From Candidatus Dojkabacteria bacterium (GTDB lineage: Bacteria > Patescibacteriota > Dojkabacteria > J137), in NCBI GenBank assembly GCA_040006935.1, contig JBDTVZ010000002.1, forward strand, positions 208,174-272,173: a stretch of DNA of 64,000 nt, written 5' to 3'. Positions within the stretch are counted from its first letter, which is position 1; each line of letters opens with the position of its first letter. Under the pieces are notes generated by a model. The model did not search any database. It saw only the letters and a program-made list of their open reading frames with translations, and was not told where the DNA came from. Below, in pieces: positions 31,177-40,776 of this stretch. A program made the translations under genes and the position numbers.

Positions 31177-32164
31177 ACTTAAGTTCCTGCTGAAATATTT
31201 TTGCCACAATATCCTCTAAATCTACTTCTGAAATATCCAAGTCATCAACTGGTAGATTTTGCAAAATCGCTGCAGCTACTTTGGTATGATCTTCTCTTGA
31301 AACTGATATTGTTCCCTTTAATCCATTTTTCTCAAAATCAATTACTTCTCCGTATTTTGATAGGTCTGATTTTGCTACTTTTGAATTAAATACAAGTTTC
31401 AGATATTTATCATTTGCATAATTTTTAGTCAATTCTATTAAAGATCCATCGTAAATTTTTTGACCATGATTAATTATTATTACTCTTTTACACAACTCTG
31501 CCACATCTTCCATATAGTGACTTGTTAATAGAATTGTTGTTTTACTTTCTTGGTTATATTGTTTAAAAAATTCTCGGATTTTCTTTTGTACAACTACATC
31601 TAAACCTATTGTAGGTTCATCTAGAAATAAAACCTTTGGATTATGAATAAGAGCTGCAATTAATTCGCACTTCATTCTTTGCCCTAATGATAACTTTCTC
31701 ACGGGAACTTTAAGAATATCTCCAACTTCTAAAAGTTTTGCTAGTTCATTAACTCTTTCTTTAAAAAATTTATCATCTATTTCGTAAATCTCTTTATTTA
31801 AAATAAATCCTTCCATTGCTGGAAGCTCCCACCATAGTTGTGACTTTTGTCCCATAACTAAGGAGATATTTTTTAGGAAATTTGATTCTCTCTCACTAGG
31901 TACAAATCCATCAACTCTAATTTCACCAGATGTTGGATGAAGAATTCCTGAGAGCATTTTTAATGTTGTAGTTTTACCTGCACCATTTGGCCCTATAAAT
32001 CCAACAAATTCACCTTCTTCGATTTCAAAATTTACATCGCTAACTGCTTTAATCTCAAAGAATTGTCTATTAAACATACTTTTTATGGTTCCCTTGAATC
32101 CCGGTTCTTTTTTGTATTGTTTAAAAGTCCTAGTAAGATTTTCTACCTTGATGATTGGTTTCAT
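31175..32164 (-). CDS. ABC-2 exporter ATP-binding subunit
   Basis: GPNGAGKTT, LSLGQRMK, LFLDEPTIGLD, TSHYM. Confidence 0.95.
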   Translation of the reverse strand: MKPIIKVENLTRTFKQYKKEPGFKGTIKSMFNRQFFEIKAVSDVNFEIEEGEFVGFIGPNGAGKTTTLKMLSGILHPTSGEIRVDGFVPSERESNFLKNISLVMGQKSQLWWELPAMEGFILNKEIYEIDDKFFKERVNELAKLLEVGDILKVPVRKLSLGQRMKCELIAALIHNPKVLFLDEPTIGLDVVVQKKIREFFKQYNQESKTTILLTSHYMEDVAELCKRVIIINHGQKIYDGSLIELTKNYANDKYLKLVFNSKVAKSDLSKYGEVIDFEKNGLKGTISVSREDHTKVAAAILQNLPVDDLDISEVDLEDIVAKIFQQELK

Positions 32165-32180
32165 AAATATAAATTAAAAA

Positions 32181-32981
32181 TTAACCTGCTCCTGAATATC
32201 TTTTTAAACCTTGGTTCCAAATAATTTTTGAAAGTAAGTAAAAGGATATTAAAACTATTAACCCTGCTAAGATTATTAGGAACATATTTTGAGATGACTT
32301 GAGTATCAACACTGGATAATAAGTAACAAACGCTATTGGTATAGCAAAGATGAAAACGAACTGTGCAGGACTTGGTAAAATTGAGATGGGAATTCTATTT
32401 AAATCCATGCTATTCATAACGATATCTCTAACTGATGATGCATCATCTGTAAAGAAATTTAATCCTGCAATGGATAGACTTAGAAAAAACATTGCTATTA
32501 CTCCAATCATGAATACAGTTATACAAAATATAATATCTAATAACCCTACTGCTCTTAAATCTCTTACACCAATAATTAGCAATGGAAGCACCGCAACAAA
32601 AAATGGTATGAACTGAGCAACAGATACACTTGCAAAAGATAAGAAGAACTTGAGGTTAAGAGGTTTAGTTAAGTACATATCTAACTCCCCTAAAACAGTT
32701 TTAGTTTGCAATTCTACGTGATTATCAAAATAGAAAATGAACATTGTGTAAGCAAATATCTGACCAAAAGCGAGAAGAAGAATCATGTCGTTTATACTCC
32801 AACCATCAAAACTATTTATTCGTTGAAATAAGAATTGCAAGGTAACAACTTGGGAAAAAGTCCATACAATATTACCTACTGCCGACATTAGTAAATTAAA
32901 TCTGTGGCTTCCTAGCTCTGCAACAGAGTTTTTGAAGAAAATTAAATATATTTTTGAATACTTAATTACCACTTGCTTCAT
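32181..32981 (-). CDS. ABC-2 family permease
   Basis: 6 TM; GELDMYLTKP, PIAFVTYYP, GLKRYSGAG. Confidence 0.9.
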   Translation of the reverse strand: MKQVVIKYSKIYLIFFKNSVAELGSHRFNLLMSAVGNIVWTFSQVVTLQFLFQRINSFDGWSINDMILLLAFGQIFAYTMFIFYFDNHVELQTKTVLGELDMYLTKPLNLKFFLSFASVSVAQFIPFFVAVLPLLIIGVRDLRAVGLLDIIFCITVFMIGVIAMFFLSLSIAGLNFFTDDASSVRDIVMNSMDLNRIPISILPSPAQFVFIFAIPIAFVTYYPVLILKSSQNMFLIILAGLIVLISFYLLSKIIWNQGLKRYSGAG

Positions 32982-33741
32982 AAATATTTAGACCTTTATT
33001 GTAAGTAAATTTAGCTATAAAGAAAAATATAATTGTCCAAGTAATTAATATAAACATACCTTTCGATATATCCTGGGATGAGATTCCTCCTTGATAAATT
33101 AAAATTTGAAAATTACCTAAATAATTTACTGGTGTAAGAGAAATAATATCTTGCAGCTGCTTAGGGAATAAATACAAAGGAATATACTTTCCAATCATTA
33201 CGCTTAACATAAGGCTTATTACTTTCTGTAGTTGAGAAATCTCATTTACCCAAAAAGATAAAGACCCTATTATTGTTACAAATAGGTTCCAAAGAATAAT
33301 ACAGAAAATACTAGAAATGAAGAATAAAATTAGATGGACAAGCGAAGCTGGTGCAGCAAAGTCTGGTCGGATAAACGCAAGGACTATAAAAAGAATTATT
33401 GGTACGATAATTCTAGCTATTGTAGTAATTCCTATTTTTACCCAAACAGAAAATATGTAATTAAACGGTTTTAATAAATATGAATTCAATTCTCCTCTTC
33501 TGATATCTTTACTTATTTGTCTTGATATTCTACCTGTACAAAAAATATCAAAGATTAAATAAAATAAGAAAAAGTATATGAATAGTTTTTGCATCTCCTG
33601 GTCTGTTTTCTGAGTAATACTCCATAGTGCAAAGACAATGAATAGCTGAAAAAGTCGGGCAAACCATCCGAATAACATATCCGAACGGTAGGCTCCTATC
33701 TGGCTGAAATTAATTTTTATAAGGTATAAATATTTTTTCAT
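32962..33741 (-). CDS. ABC-2 family permease
   Basis: IRRGELNSYLLKP, IPLYLFP, GLNIYEASG; start moved to ATG 33741. Confidence 0.9.
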   Translation of the reverse strand: MKKYLYLIKINFSQIGAYRSDMLFGWFARLFQLFIVFALWSITQKTDQEMQKLFIYFFLFYLIFDIFCTGRISRQISKDIRRGELNSYLLKPFNYIFSVWVKIGITTIARIIVPIILFIVLAFIRPDFAAPASLVHLILFFISSIFCIILWNLFVTIIGSLSFWVNEISQLQKVISLMLSVMIGKYIPLYLFPKQLQDIISLTPVNYLGNFQILIYQGGISSQDISKGMFILITWTIIFFFIAKFTYNKGLNIYEASGN

Positions 33742-33863
33742 GGTAAAAATAATCCCGATAGATCGGGATAAAAATGAAAAATTTAAAAGAGCGTTTAAAT
33801 TCAAACCTCTGTTTGGGAAAGCATTTAATTGTACCAGCAAAGGTTTTACTAATCAAGAAAATT

Positions 33864-34808
33864 CTAAATTAATCCTATTATTTTAAGAAGAATGACTAAC
33901 CCTACAATCATTAATGAAAAGATCACAACAATAAATATTGTTTCCAAATACTTTTTCTTTGAACTCACTCTCTTGAGTTTCCCAATTTCAGGAAGGGCAT
34001 TTGATAATGGCTTCTCATCTGTAAATTCTTTTGGGGAACTTGCTAATGATTGAACTTTAGAAATATTAGTACGATACTCAATTTTTCTTAATTTACTTCC
34101 AAAAGTTCCATGGTAAAAAACTAATCCTGTAGAACTCATATTTTCTATAATATAGTTCTTAATTGCTTCATCTCCACCTTCAAACTCAGCTAATGTCGCT
34201 CCATGTAGTAAATTCAAATCTATAGAATTAAATTGATTTGTTTCGCAAACTAGCCAAAGAGTGTTTTTACTTATCATTCCAAGCATATAGATTGGACTCT
34301 GGTGAAGGAATTTTAAATCTGCTGACGAAAAGAAAGTATAGATTTCTTTACTATCTGCGACCCGAGATTTAGGATGAGTGTGAACAATAAATACTGGACC
34401 AAAATAACTATCTGCTTCTAGCACCGACCGTTTGATTTTTGAAGATACTTCTTTTTCTCCAATACTAAATTTTACGAAGAGATTGTCTCCTTCGGGTTTG
34501 AGAACCGGTTTTGAAATTCTCAACTCAGGAACAACGCTGTTGTAATCCCCTGCTTTTGGTTTGCTAAAAAAGAGCTCTCCTCCTAAATAAACTGCAGTTT
34601 CTGAATATTCCCACCCAGTAGAACCATTTCTAATAGTTCCAATTCCAAAAGTTTTCTCTTTAGTATAATATTCTAAATATTTGAGTTCTTTTAGTACCTG
34701 ATCAGTTAAGAAGATTGAGTCCGGCCAATCACTACTTTTAGGTCTGTAGGATTTACTTTTCCATTCTAGGGCAAGCTTGCTTAGTTGTGTGAGGTAAAAT
34801 TCTGACAT
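33864..34808 (-). CDS. Hypothetical protein with JAB/MPN-like metal motif and C-terminal TM anchor
   Basis: GWEY...VHTHP...FFSSADL; hydrophobic C-terminus. Confidence 0.6.
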   Translation of the reverse strand: MSEFYLTQLSKLALEWKSKSYRPKSSDWPDSIFLTDQVLKELKYLEYYTKEKTFGIGTIRNGSTGWEYSETAVYLGGELFFSKPKAGDYNSVVPELRISKPVLKPEGDNLFVKFSIGEKEVSSKIKRSVLEADSYFGPVFIVHTHPKSRVADSKEIYTFFSSADLKFLHQSPIYMLGMISKNTLWLVCETNQFNSIDLNLLHGATLAEFEGGDEAIKNYIIENMSSTGLVFYHGTFGSKLRKIEYRTNISKVQSLASSPKEFTDEKPLSNALPEIGKLKRVSSKKKYLETIFIVVIFSLMIVGLVILLKIIGLI

Positions 34809-34945
34809 GATTTTAGTGTAACTATTTCAGTGTATCACGAGCTATGAGCAATGAACGATGAAATCTCTTCACTCTTAGCTTATCTCTCGAAATTAATGGT
34901 AATATTTCGTACATGAAAAAGTATTTTCATTATTCAATGAAATAA

Positions 34946-36355
34946 ATGTTCGACCTAGGTAATATAAAAAGAATAGATAGCTCTCTACTAGTCATAATAG
35001 TACTTTTGAGTATTATTGGCGGAGTTATCGTTTTTGCTGCGACTTATTTTCCAAACAAAGTACCCTCACAATTTTTTTACAATCAAATATTATTTTATAT
35101 TATTGGTATTTTAATCTTTTTTATAACTTCGACTTTTGATTATTCTAAATTAAAAAATAAATATATTATCTTTGGAATTTTTTTAATTACAGTTGCACTC
35201 TTAATTGGAGTTTTAATTTTTGGAGATTATGCCTTCGAGGCAAAGAGATGGATTGTGGTTGGTCCATTTACGATTCAACCATCAGAATTTTCTAAGCTTA
35301 GTATTATTTTAATTACTTCATTTTGTTTTGTAAAAGCAGATATAAAAAGGTTCGAGGCGATTAAAAATATTTATAAACTCAAAGGGAAATCTATGTGGCA
35401 GAACTTACTCGTTATAACTTCCAATAAACAATTCACTCGAATTCTTGTAAGCGTGATCAGTTTAGTTACAATTGTTCTTTTAATTATTCAGCAGAAATCT
35501 TTAGGCAATTCGGTAATTATTACTTTAATATTTCTTTCACTTGTTTATTTTGCTTTTGATATTTCATTAAAAACACTTATATATTTTCTTATTGCTGGAA
35601 TTGTTTTTAATTTGAGTTTTCACTTTATAAGTTTAGAAAATATTCAGAATAGCTTAGGACTTACAGAAATTCATTTTGATATTTCACTTTGGATTTTAAG
35701 TATTATTGGAATTATTATTTTGAAAAGAAAATTTAAATTAAAGATACTCATTACACTAATTATTGTTTCCATTATTATTCCAAGCAGTATTTTTTTTAAT
35801 TTTATTTATAATAATATTCTTTTGCCGTATCAAAGGAATAGAATTGAGACTTTTTTAAAACCAGAATCTAATGAATCCTTAAGTGATGATTATAATAGAA
35901 ACCAGGCTGTACTTGCTGTTGGCAGTGGTGGAATTGTTGGTAGAGGATTTTTGAATGGTAATGTTACAAATTTAGGATTACTTCCTTTTGCTTTCACTGA
36001 TTTTGCTTTTGCGTCCTTTGCGGAGCAATTTGGATTTTTAGGAAGTTTATTTTTATTTTCACTTTTCTTCTTTTTGATATTCAAGATATTATCCATTGCG
36101 AGAAATACGAGAAATAGATTTGGAATGTTAATTTGCAGCGGAGTAGCAGTAATGATATGCTTGAATACTTTCCAACACATTGGAATGAATTTAGGGATTT
36201 TACCAATTACGGGAGTTCCACTTCCTTTTATTAGTTATGGGGGAAGTTCAGTTCTAACAGTGTTTTTAGGATTAGGATTAGTATCCTCAGTGCAAATAAA
36301 AGCTGAAACAGAAGAGGAGGACGTAGTAAATATTAAAAACGAGATGATAAATTAG
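34946..36355 (+). CDS. SEDS peptidoglycan polymerase (RodA/FtsW family)
   Basis: AKRWI..GPFTIQPSEFSK, PYQRNRI, GSGG..GRG, TDF.FA..AEQFG, PITGVPLPFISYGGSS. Confidence 0.93.
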   Translation: MFDLGNIKRIDSSLLVIIVLLSIIGGVIVFAATYFPNKVPSQFFYNQILFYIIGILIFFITSTFDYSKLKNKYIIFGIFLITVALLIGVLIFGDYAFEAKRWIVVGPFTIQPSEFSKLSIILITSFCFVKADIKRFEAIKNIYKLKGKSMWQNLLVITSNKQFTRILVSVISLVTIVLLIIQQKSLGNSVIITLIFLSLVYFAFDISLKTLIYFLIAGIVFNLSFHFISLENIQNSLGLTEIHFDISLWILSIIGIIILKRKFKLKILITLIIVSIIIPSSIFFNFIYNNILLPYQRNRIETFLKPESNESLSDDYNRNQAVLAVGSGGIVGRGFLNGNVTNLGLLPFAFTDFAFASFAEQFGFLGSLFLFSLFFFLIFKILSIARNTRNRFGMLICSGVAVMICLNTFQHIGMNLGILPITGVPLPFISYGGSSVLTVFLGLGLVSSVQIKAETEEEDVVNIKNEMIN

Positions 36356-36372
36356 TTTTTTAATTTTATTTT

Positions 36373-37443
36373 ATGAAAGTAATAATCTTTGCTGGTGGAA
36401 CTGGAAAAAGATTTTGGCCAGTAAGTAGAATAGATTCACCTAAACAGTTTTTACCTATTATTGAAGAGACACCATTAGTTCGATTAGCCTTCGAGAGATT
36501 AAATAAACAATTTAAACCAGAGGATGTCTTTATTAGTACAGGAAAAAAATATGAAACTGAGGTAAAAAGCATTTTACATGAACTTCCTGATGAAAATTTT
36601 ATCTTAGAGAAAGAGATGAGAGATACGGGACCAGCAGTGGCATTAGCTGTTACATATGTAAGTAGTAAATTCCCAGATGAAGTGATTGCTGTCTTATGGT
36701 CTGACCATCTAGTAAAAGACCCTGACACCTTCCTAGAGTGTTTGTTGAAATCTGAGGAAAATGTTAAATCTCAAAATAAGATTGTGTTTATAACAGTTCC
36801 TGCTAGATTTCCTTCACCGCACAGAGGCTATATAAAATTTAACGAAGATATTAAAAAATATAGCGACAAAATTATTCTTAAGGAATTTAATAAGTTTGTA
36901 GAAAAACCAACCGTGGAACTTGCTGAAGAATATATCAAGGATGGTCATTATGGATGGAATCCTGGGTATTGGGTAGCGTATGGAAAAGATTTTTTAAATA
37001 TCACAGCTAGGAAAAGGCCGGAATATATTGAAGTCAGCAAAGAGATAACAGATTCTAATTTTAAATCGGGTTGGGATAAATTTTCAAATTTAGAAAAGAT
37101 TTCTGCTGATTATGCTTTTGCAGAGTTAGTACAGTCTGATGAAGCACTATGTATGTATTCGGATTTTGGATGGAGTGACGTGGGTGAATGGATTGCTCTT
37201 AAAGAATCTTTAGAAGAAAGTGAAGAAGCAAACGTTATTAAAGGAAATGTGTTTGATATGGGTTCCAGAGATTCTATAATTCATAATTATGAAGAAAAAA
37301 AATTAGTATCAACAATAAATTTAGATGGGTTTGTTGTCGTTAATACAAAAGACGTAGTTGCGATTTTCAAGAAGACTGATAATACAAAAATTAAAGAGTA
37401 TTTGAAAAAACTTGAAGAAGCAGGTTTGACTGAGTATTTATAA
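36373..37443 (+). CDS. Mannose-1-phosphate guanylyltransferase
   Basis: AGGTGKRFWPVSR...PKQFL, RDTGPA, SDH, FVEKP, GWSDVG. Confidence 0.9.
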   Translation: MKVIIFAGGTGKRFWPVSRIDSPKQFLPIIEETPLVRLAFERLNKQFKPEDVFISTGKKYETEVKSILHELPDENFILEKEMRDTGPAVALAVTYVSSKFPDEVIAVLWSDHLVKDPDTFLECLLKSEENVKSQNKIVFITVPARFPSPHRGYIKFNEDIKKYSDKIILKEFNKFVEKPTVELAEEYIKDGHYGWNPGYWVAYGKDFLNITARKRPEYIEVSKEITDSNFKSGWDKFSNLEKISADYAFAELVQSDEALCMYSDFGWSDVGEWIALKESLEESEEANVIKGNVFDMGSRDSIIHNYEEKKLVSTINLDGFVVVNTKDVVAIFKKTDNTKIKEYLKKLEEAGLTEYL

Positions 37444-37551
37444 TGACTTTACCACCTCATTTACTCTTTAGGCAGTTAGAGTTTTGTGGGGTTAGATCAA
37501 AGATTTATCTGGCATTCTGTGCAGTGGACCAAATTTGCCTAAAATATGCGA

Positions 37552-37912
37552 TGTCATTGCGAGGAAATCCCGAGAATCGGGACGACGTTGTACGCAAATA
37601 CTTCATCGAGAAGTTTTCGATATTTCTGCTACTTTGAGAGTTAGCTTCGGAGTCTATAATTCTTCGGAGGATATTACGTCTTTTATTGAGAAGTTGAAAG
37701 AGGCGGTTAACATGTACTCTTGATGTCACCAATCTTTTATTGTGTCATCTCGAGCGAAGTCGAGAGATCTTCAACCTCTATTCTGGCATTATTTATTAAG
37801 TGGTTAAAGATTTCTCCATTCGTCGCTTAGGCTCCTCAGTCGAAATGACACAATGTTGAGATGTTGTCATGGTGAGGTTCCCTTGCCTGACGGCAGGCAG
37901 GTCGCAATGACA
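37552..37912. repeat. Cluster of TGTCAT-class REP-like elements
   Basis: tgtcattgcga (37552) and tcgcaatgaca (37902) outer IR; inner tgtcatctcgagcgaagtcgagagatct...agatttctcc...gtcgaaatgaca; 21-bp element at 37881-37901. Confidence 0.75.
37589..37723 (+). pseudogene. 3' remnant of a SufS/class-V cysteine desulfurase
   Basis: CTQILH...ATLRVSFGVYNSSEDI matches SufS C-terminal CAQPLH...RASFxxYNTxEDI; 5' part absent. Confidence 0.7.
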
Positions 37913-37915
37913 TTT

Positions 37916-38698
37916 TTAAATCTCGCGTGAAGAATTCCATGCTAACTCAAAAAGCTGTTTTTGTGCTTTTGCAAATGTACTATTTTTTATCTCAACTGCA
38001 TAAGCCTCTGCATCGTGAATATAAATTATTGATACAGAATTATTGAAAACAATTGTATGTAAATGAATTTTAAGGACATCTTCTTCAAGATATTTTGTTT
38101 TAAAATTAGAAGCAATATTGGAAATTTTTACATCATCAACACTTCTTAATTTAAGAAAGTAATCTCCAACTATTTCACGCATAAATAATCTTCTGTTGAT
38201 AAATTCCTTTCTCCAACTTTCTACAAATTCCACATCTGTGAATTCAATCAAGTCATTTGATGTGTATGAAAGTATTTCTCCTGTTGAGTTGAGAACGTTT
38301 TCTAACAAGTGTTTTACACCTACCTGTCCTTTAAAAAATTGGATAGATGTTCCTGGTTGGGTAGATGTTATATCTGGAGAAATTAATGCTGAGACTTCTG
38401 GGAGCATTTTTCTCAATATTTCTGCTTTAGTTTCTTGTTCTTTTACAATTAATTCTAATTTGCTCAGTGAGGCGGCTGTCATTAATCTTTTATTATCTTT
38501 TTGAATTTCCTCAACAATTCCCATTCCTTTTAATCTTTCTGTTATTCTGTAAACTCCAGTTCTATTAATTCTACTTTCTTTCGAAATGTGTAAAATAGTT
38601 TTAGAACCTTCTTCCAATAGTAAGATATATACTTTAGATTCAAAAAAATCTAACCCTAACTGAGTTAAAAACTTTAATACTGGTTCGATATTTTTCAT
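37916..38698 (-). CDS. TrmB-family transcriptional regulator
   Basis: LGL...ESKVYILLL..G...INRTGVY...L..MGIV wHTH; FFKGQVGV; QKQLFELAW end. Confidence 0.88.
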   Translation of the reverse strand: MKNIEPVLKFLTQLGLDFFESKVYILLLEEGSKTILHISKESRINRTGVYRITERLKGMGIVEEIQKDNKRLMTAASLSKLELIVKEQETKAEILRKMLPEVSALISPDITSTQPGTSIQFFKGQVGVKHLLENVLNSTGEILSYTSNDLIEFTDVEFVESWRKEFINRRLFMREIVGDYFLKLRSVDDVKISNIASNFKTKYLEEDVLKIHLHTIVFNNSVSIIYIHDAEAYAVEIKNSTFAKAQKQLFELAWNSSREI

Positions 38699-38725
38699 AT
38701 TATATAATTAACATATACTTACAAT

Positions 38726-38742
38726 TGTCCATCGTGAGGACA
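38726..38742. promoter_or_regulatory. Candidate operator palindrome tgtcc-N7-ggaca upstream of TrmB gene
   Basis: Inverted repeat about 28 nt upstream of the start codon. Confidence 0.3.
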
Positions 38743-38799
38743 TTAGTGCTCTACTCATTCTATTGGTTAAGGGAATACTTTGTCAAGGAGTGCAACAAC

Positions 38800-39384
38800 T
38801 TAGTTGAATAAGCTTAGAGAATCTGGGTCACTCTTCCAAATAACATCCTCTACGTTGAGTTTGTAATTTGAGTATCTGGCAAGTGTAAATAGCCAGTCGG
38901 AAAGTCGATTAAAATACTTTCGAATTTCATTATAATGTTCTGGACGAGACTCAGAAACATTTGTATAACCTACAAATATTCTCTCAACACTTCTACTAAT
39001 TGTTCTAGCTAAATGAATTTCTGCAGCAAGCACGCTTCCACCTGGAAGAATAAAATTGGTAAGTTCCGGAAGTTTTGAAGTCCAAGTATCAATATCTAAT
39101 TCCATTTCTGCAATTAATTTTGAAAATGAAATTTCTATCTTAGCACCAGCAATAAGACTAGAGGTTGAAAATAGATTAGTATGAAGTCTTTCTAATTTAT
39201 TTACTTCTTTTTCAAATTTTTTGCTAAGTACTTTGGAATCATGAACTAAGGCAATAACTATTCCTAATGATGAATTGAGTTCATCAATAGTACCAAGCAC
39301 ATCTAAAACCTCTGCATCTTTAGAAATTCTTTTTCCTATAAGACTAGTTTCTCCATTATCTCCTGTCTTTGTGTAAATTTTCAT
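38800..39384 (-). CDS. PduO-type cob(I)alamin adenosyltransferase
   Basis: KIYTKTGDNGETSL, GTIDELNS, FILPGG, HLARTISRSVER, YFNRLSDWLF. Confidence 0.92.
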   Translation of the reverse strand: MKIYTKTGDNGETSLIGKRISKDAEVLDVLGTIDELNSSLGIVIALVHDSKVLSKKFEKEVNKLERLHTNLFSTSSLIAGAKIEISFSKLIAEMELDIDTWTSKLPELTNFILPGGSVLAAEIHLARTISRSVERIFVGYTNVSESRPEHYNEIRKYFNRLSDWLFTLARYSNYKLNVEDVIWKSDPDSLSLFN

Positions 39385-39436
39385 ACTAAGAGATTTATAA
39401 TTACGTTATTATGATTATACAATTAAAAAGTAAATT

Positions 39437-40774
39437 ATGCTTAACTACATTAAGAAAACACATAAAGAAAAATTATTTTTCATAGTTTTAACTATTCTTT
39501 CTGTTCTCGCTACCATTTCTGTTTATGTTTTCAAATTTAATGCTCCTCCCATTCGTTCCGATGGGATTGGTTATTACGCGTATTTACCAGCAATCTTTTT
39601 GCATAAAGATATTTCTATGAAAAGCCTTATGGATGAGAGGGCTGCGAAATATAATCAAGCAACACCAGAGAGTTGGAGTGGGATTACACTTCAACATAAT
39701 GGTAATTACTTAGATAAGTATACAATTGGAGAGGCAGTTCTGATATTGCCTTTTTTTATTCCTGCACATGTTTTAAGTGTTTTATTTAATCAAGATTTGA
39801 ATGGCTTCACAATTTTCTACCAAGTATTCGCTGCTTTTTCTGGAACGTTCTATATGGTTATAGGAGTATTTATCCTGAAAAGATTTTTGGATAAATATTT
39901 CAAAACTAGAACAGTCTATTTAACCTTGATCTCTATAATATTTGGAACAAATTTATTTCACTATGGCACTTACGACAGTATTTTCAGCCATGCTTATTCT
40001 TTCTTTTTATTTGCATGTTTTTTGTACTTACTTCCTTTATGGTTTGAAAAAACAAAAGACTATCGATATCCATTTCTTTTAGGATTAGTCAGTGGATTAA
40101 TAATTTTAGTACGACCGACAAATATAATATTACCTATCATTTTCTTTAGTTTATACAACATTCATTTCAATATTTTATTCAAGGATTTGAAAGAAAAAAT
40201 AAGTGTTCTAATAAAATTATGGCGGAATTTTTTTTTAATGATTTTTGTAAGTTTCCTAGTATTGATTCCACAATTTATATATTGGAAAGTAATAACAGGG
40301 AATTTTCTAATCTTCTCCTACCACGGCGAAGGTTTTGATTTTACACATTTAGAGACATTGAATGTATTATTTAGTATTAGGAAGGGGTTATTTTTCTGGT
40401 CACCTATATTGATATTTGGAATCTTAGGAATCGGTTTACTAAAGAATAAGTTGAAAGGATGGATGCTTGGTGTAATTATTTTCTTGATAATTAATTGCTT
40501 AATAATCAGTAGTTGGAGTTCTTGGTATTATGGAGGTGGTTTTGGACATAGGGCATTTATAGAAAGTCTTGCAGTATTAGCTATTCCATTAGCTGCATTT
40601 TTCGAAAAGATTTTAGCAATGAAAAATAAAAGACTGAGGTATTTAATTTTACTGATAACAGCCTTATTGGTTATTCTCTCGATATATACAACGTTCAAAT
40701 ACTGGGATGGTTCCATTTCAATTGATGGCACTACCTTAGGTACATATTTTAAAATATTTGGAATATATAAATAA
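39437..40774 (+). CDS. GT-C fold integral membrane glycosyltransferase
   Basis: RSDGIGYYAYLP loop, FSHAYS, LVRPTN, KGLFFWSP, WYYGGGFGHR; more than 10 TM. Confidence 0.78.
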   Translation: MLNYIKKTHKEKLFFIVLTILSVLATISVYVFKFNAPPIRSDGIGYYAYLPAIFLHKDISMKSLMDERAAKYNQATPESWSGITLQHNGNYLDKYTIGEAVLILPFFIPAHVLSVLFNQDLNGFTIFYQVFAAFSGTFYMVIGVFILKRFLDKYFKTRTVYLTLISIIFGTNLFHYGTYDSIFSHAYSFFLFACFLYLLPLWFEKTKDYRYPFLLGLVSGLIILVRPTNIILPIIFFSLYNIHFNILFKDLKEKISVLIKLWRNFFLMIFVSFLVLIPQFIYWKVITGNFLIFSYHGEGFDFTHLETLNVLFSIRKGLFFWSPILIFGILGIGLLKNKLKGWMLGVIIFLIINCLIISSWSSWYYGGGFGHRAFIESLAVLAIPLAAFFEKILAMKNKRLRYLILLITALLVILSIYTTFKYWDGSISIDGTTLGTYFKIFGIYK

Positions 40775-40776
40775 AC

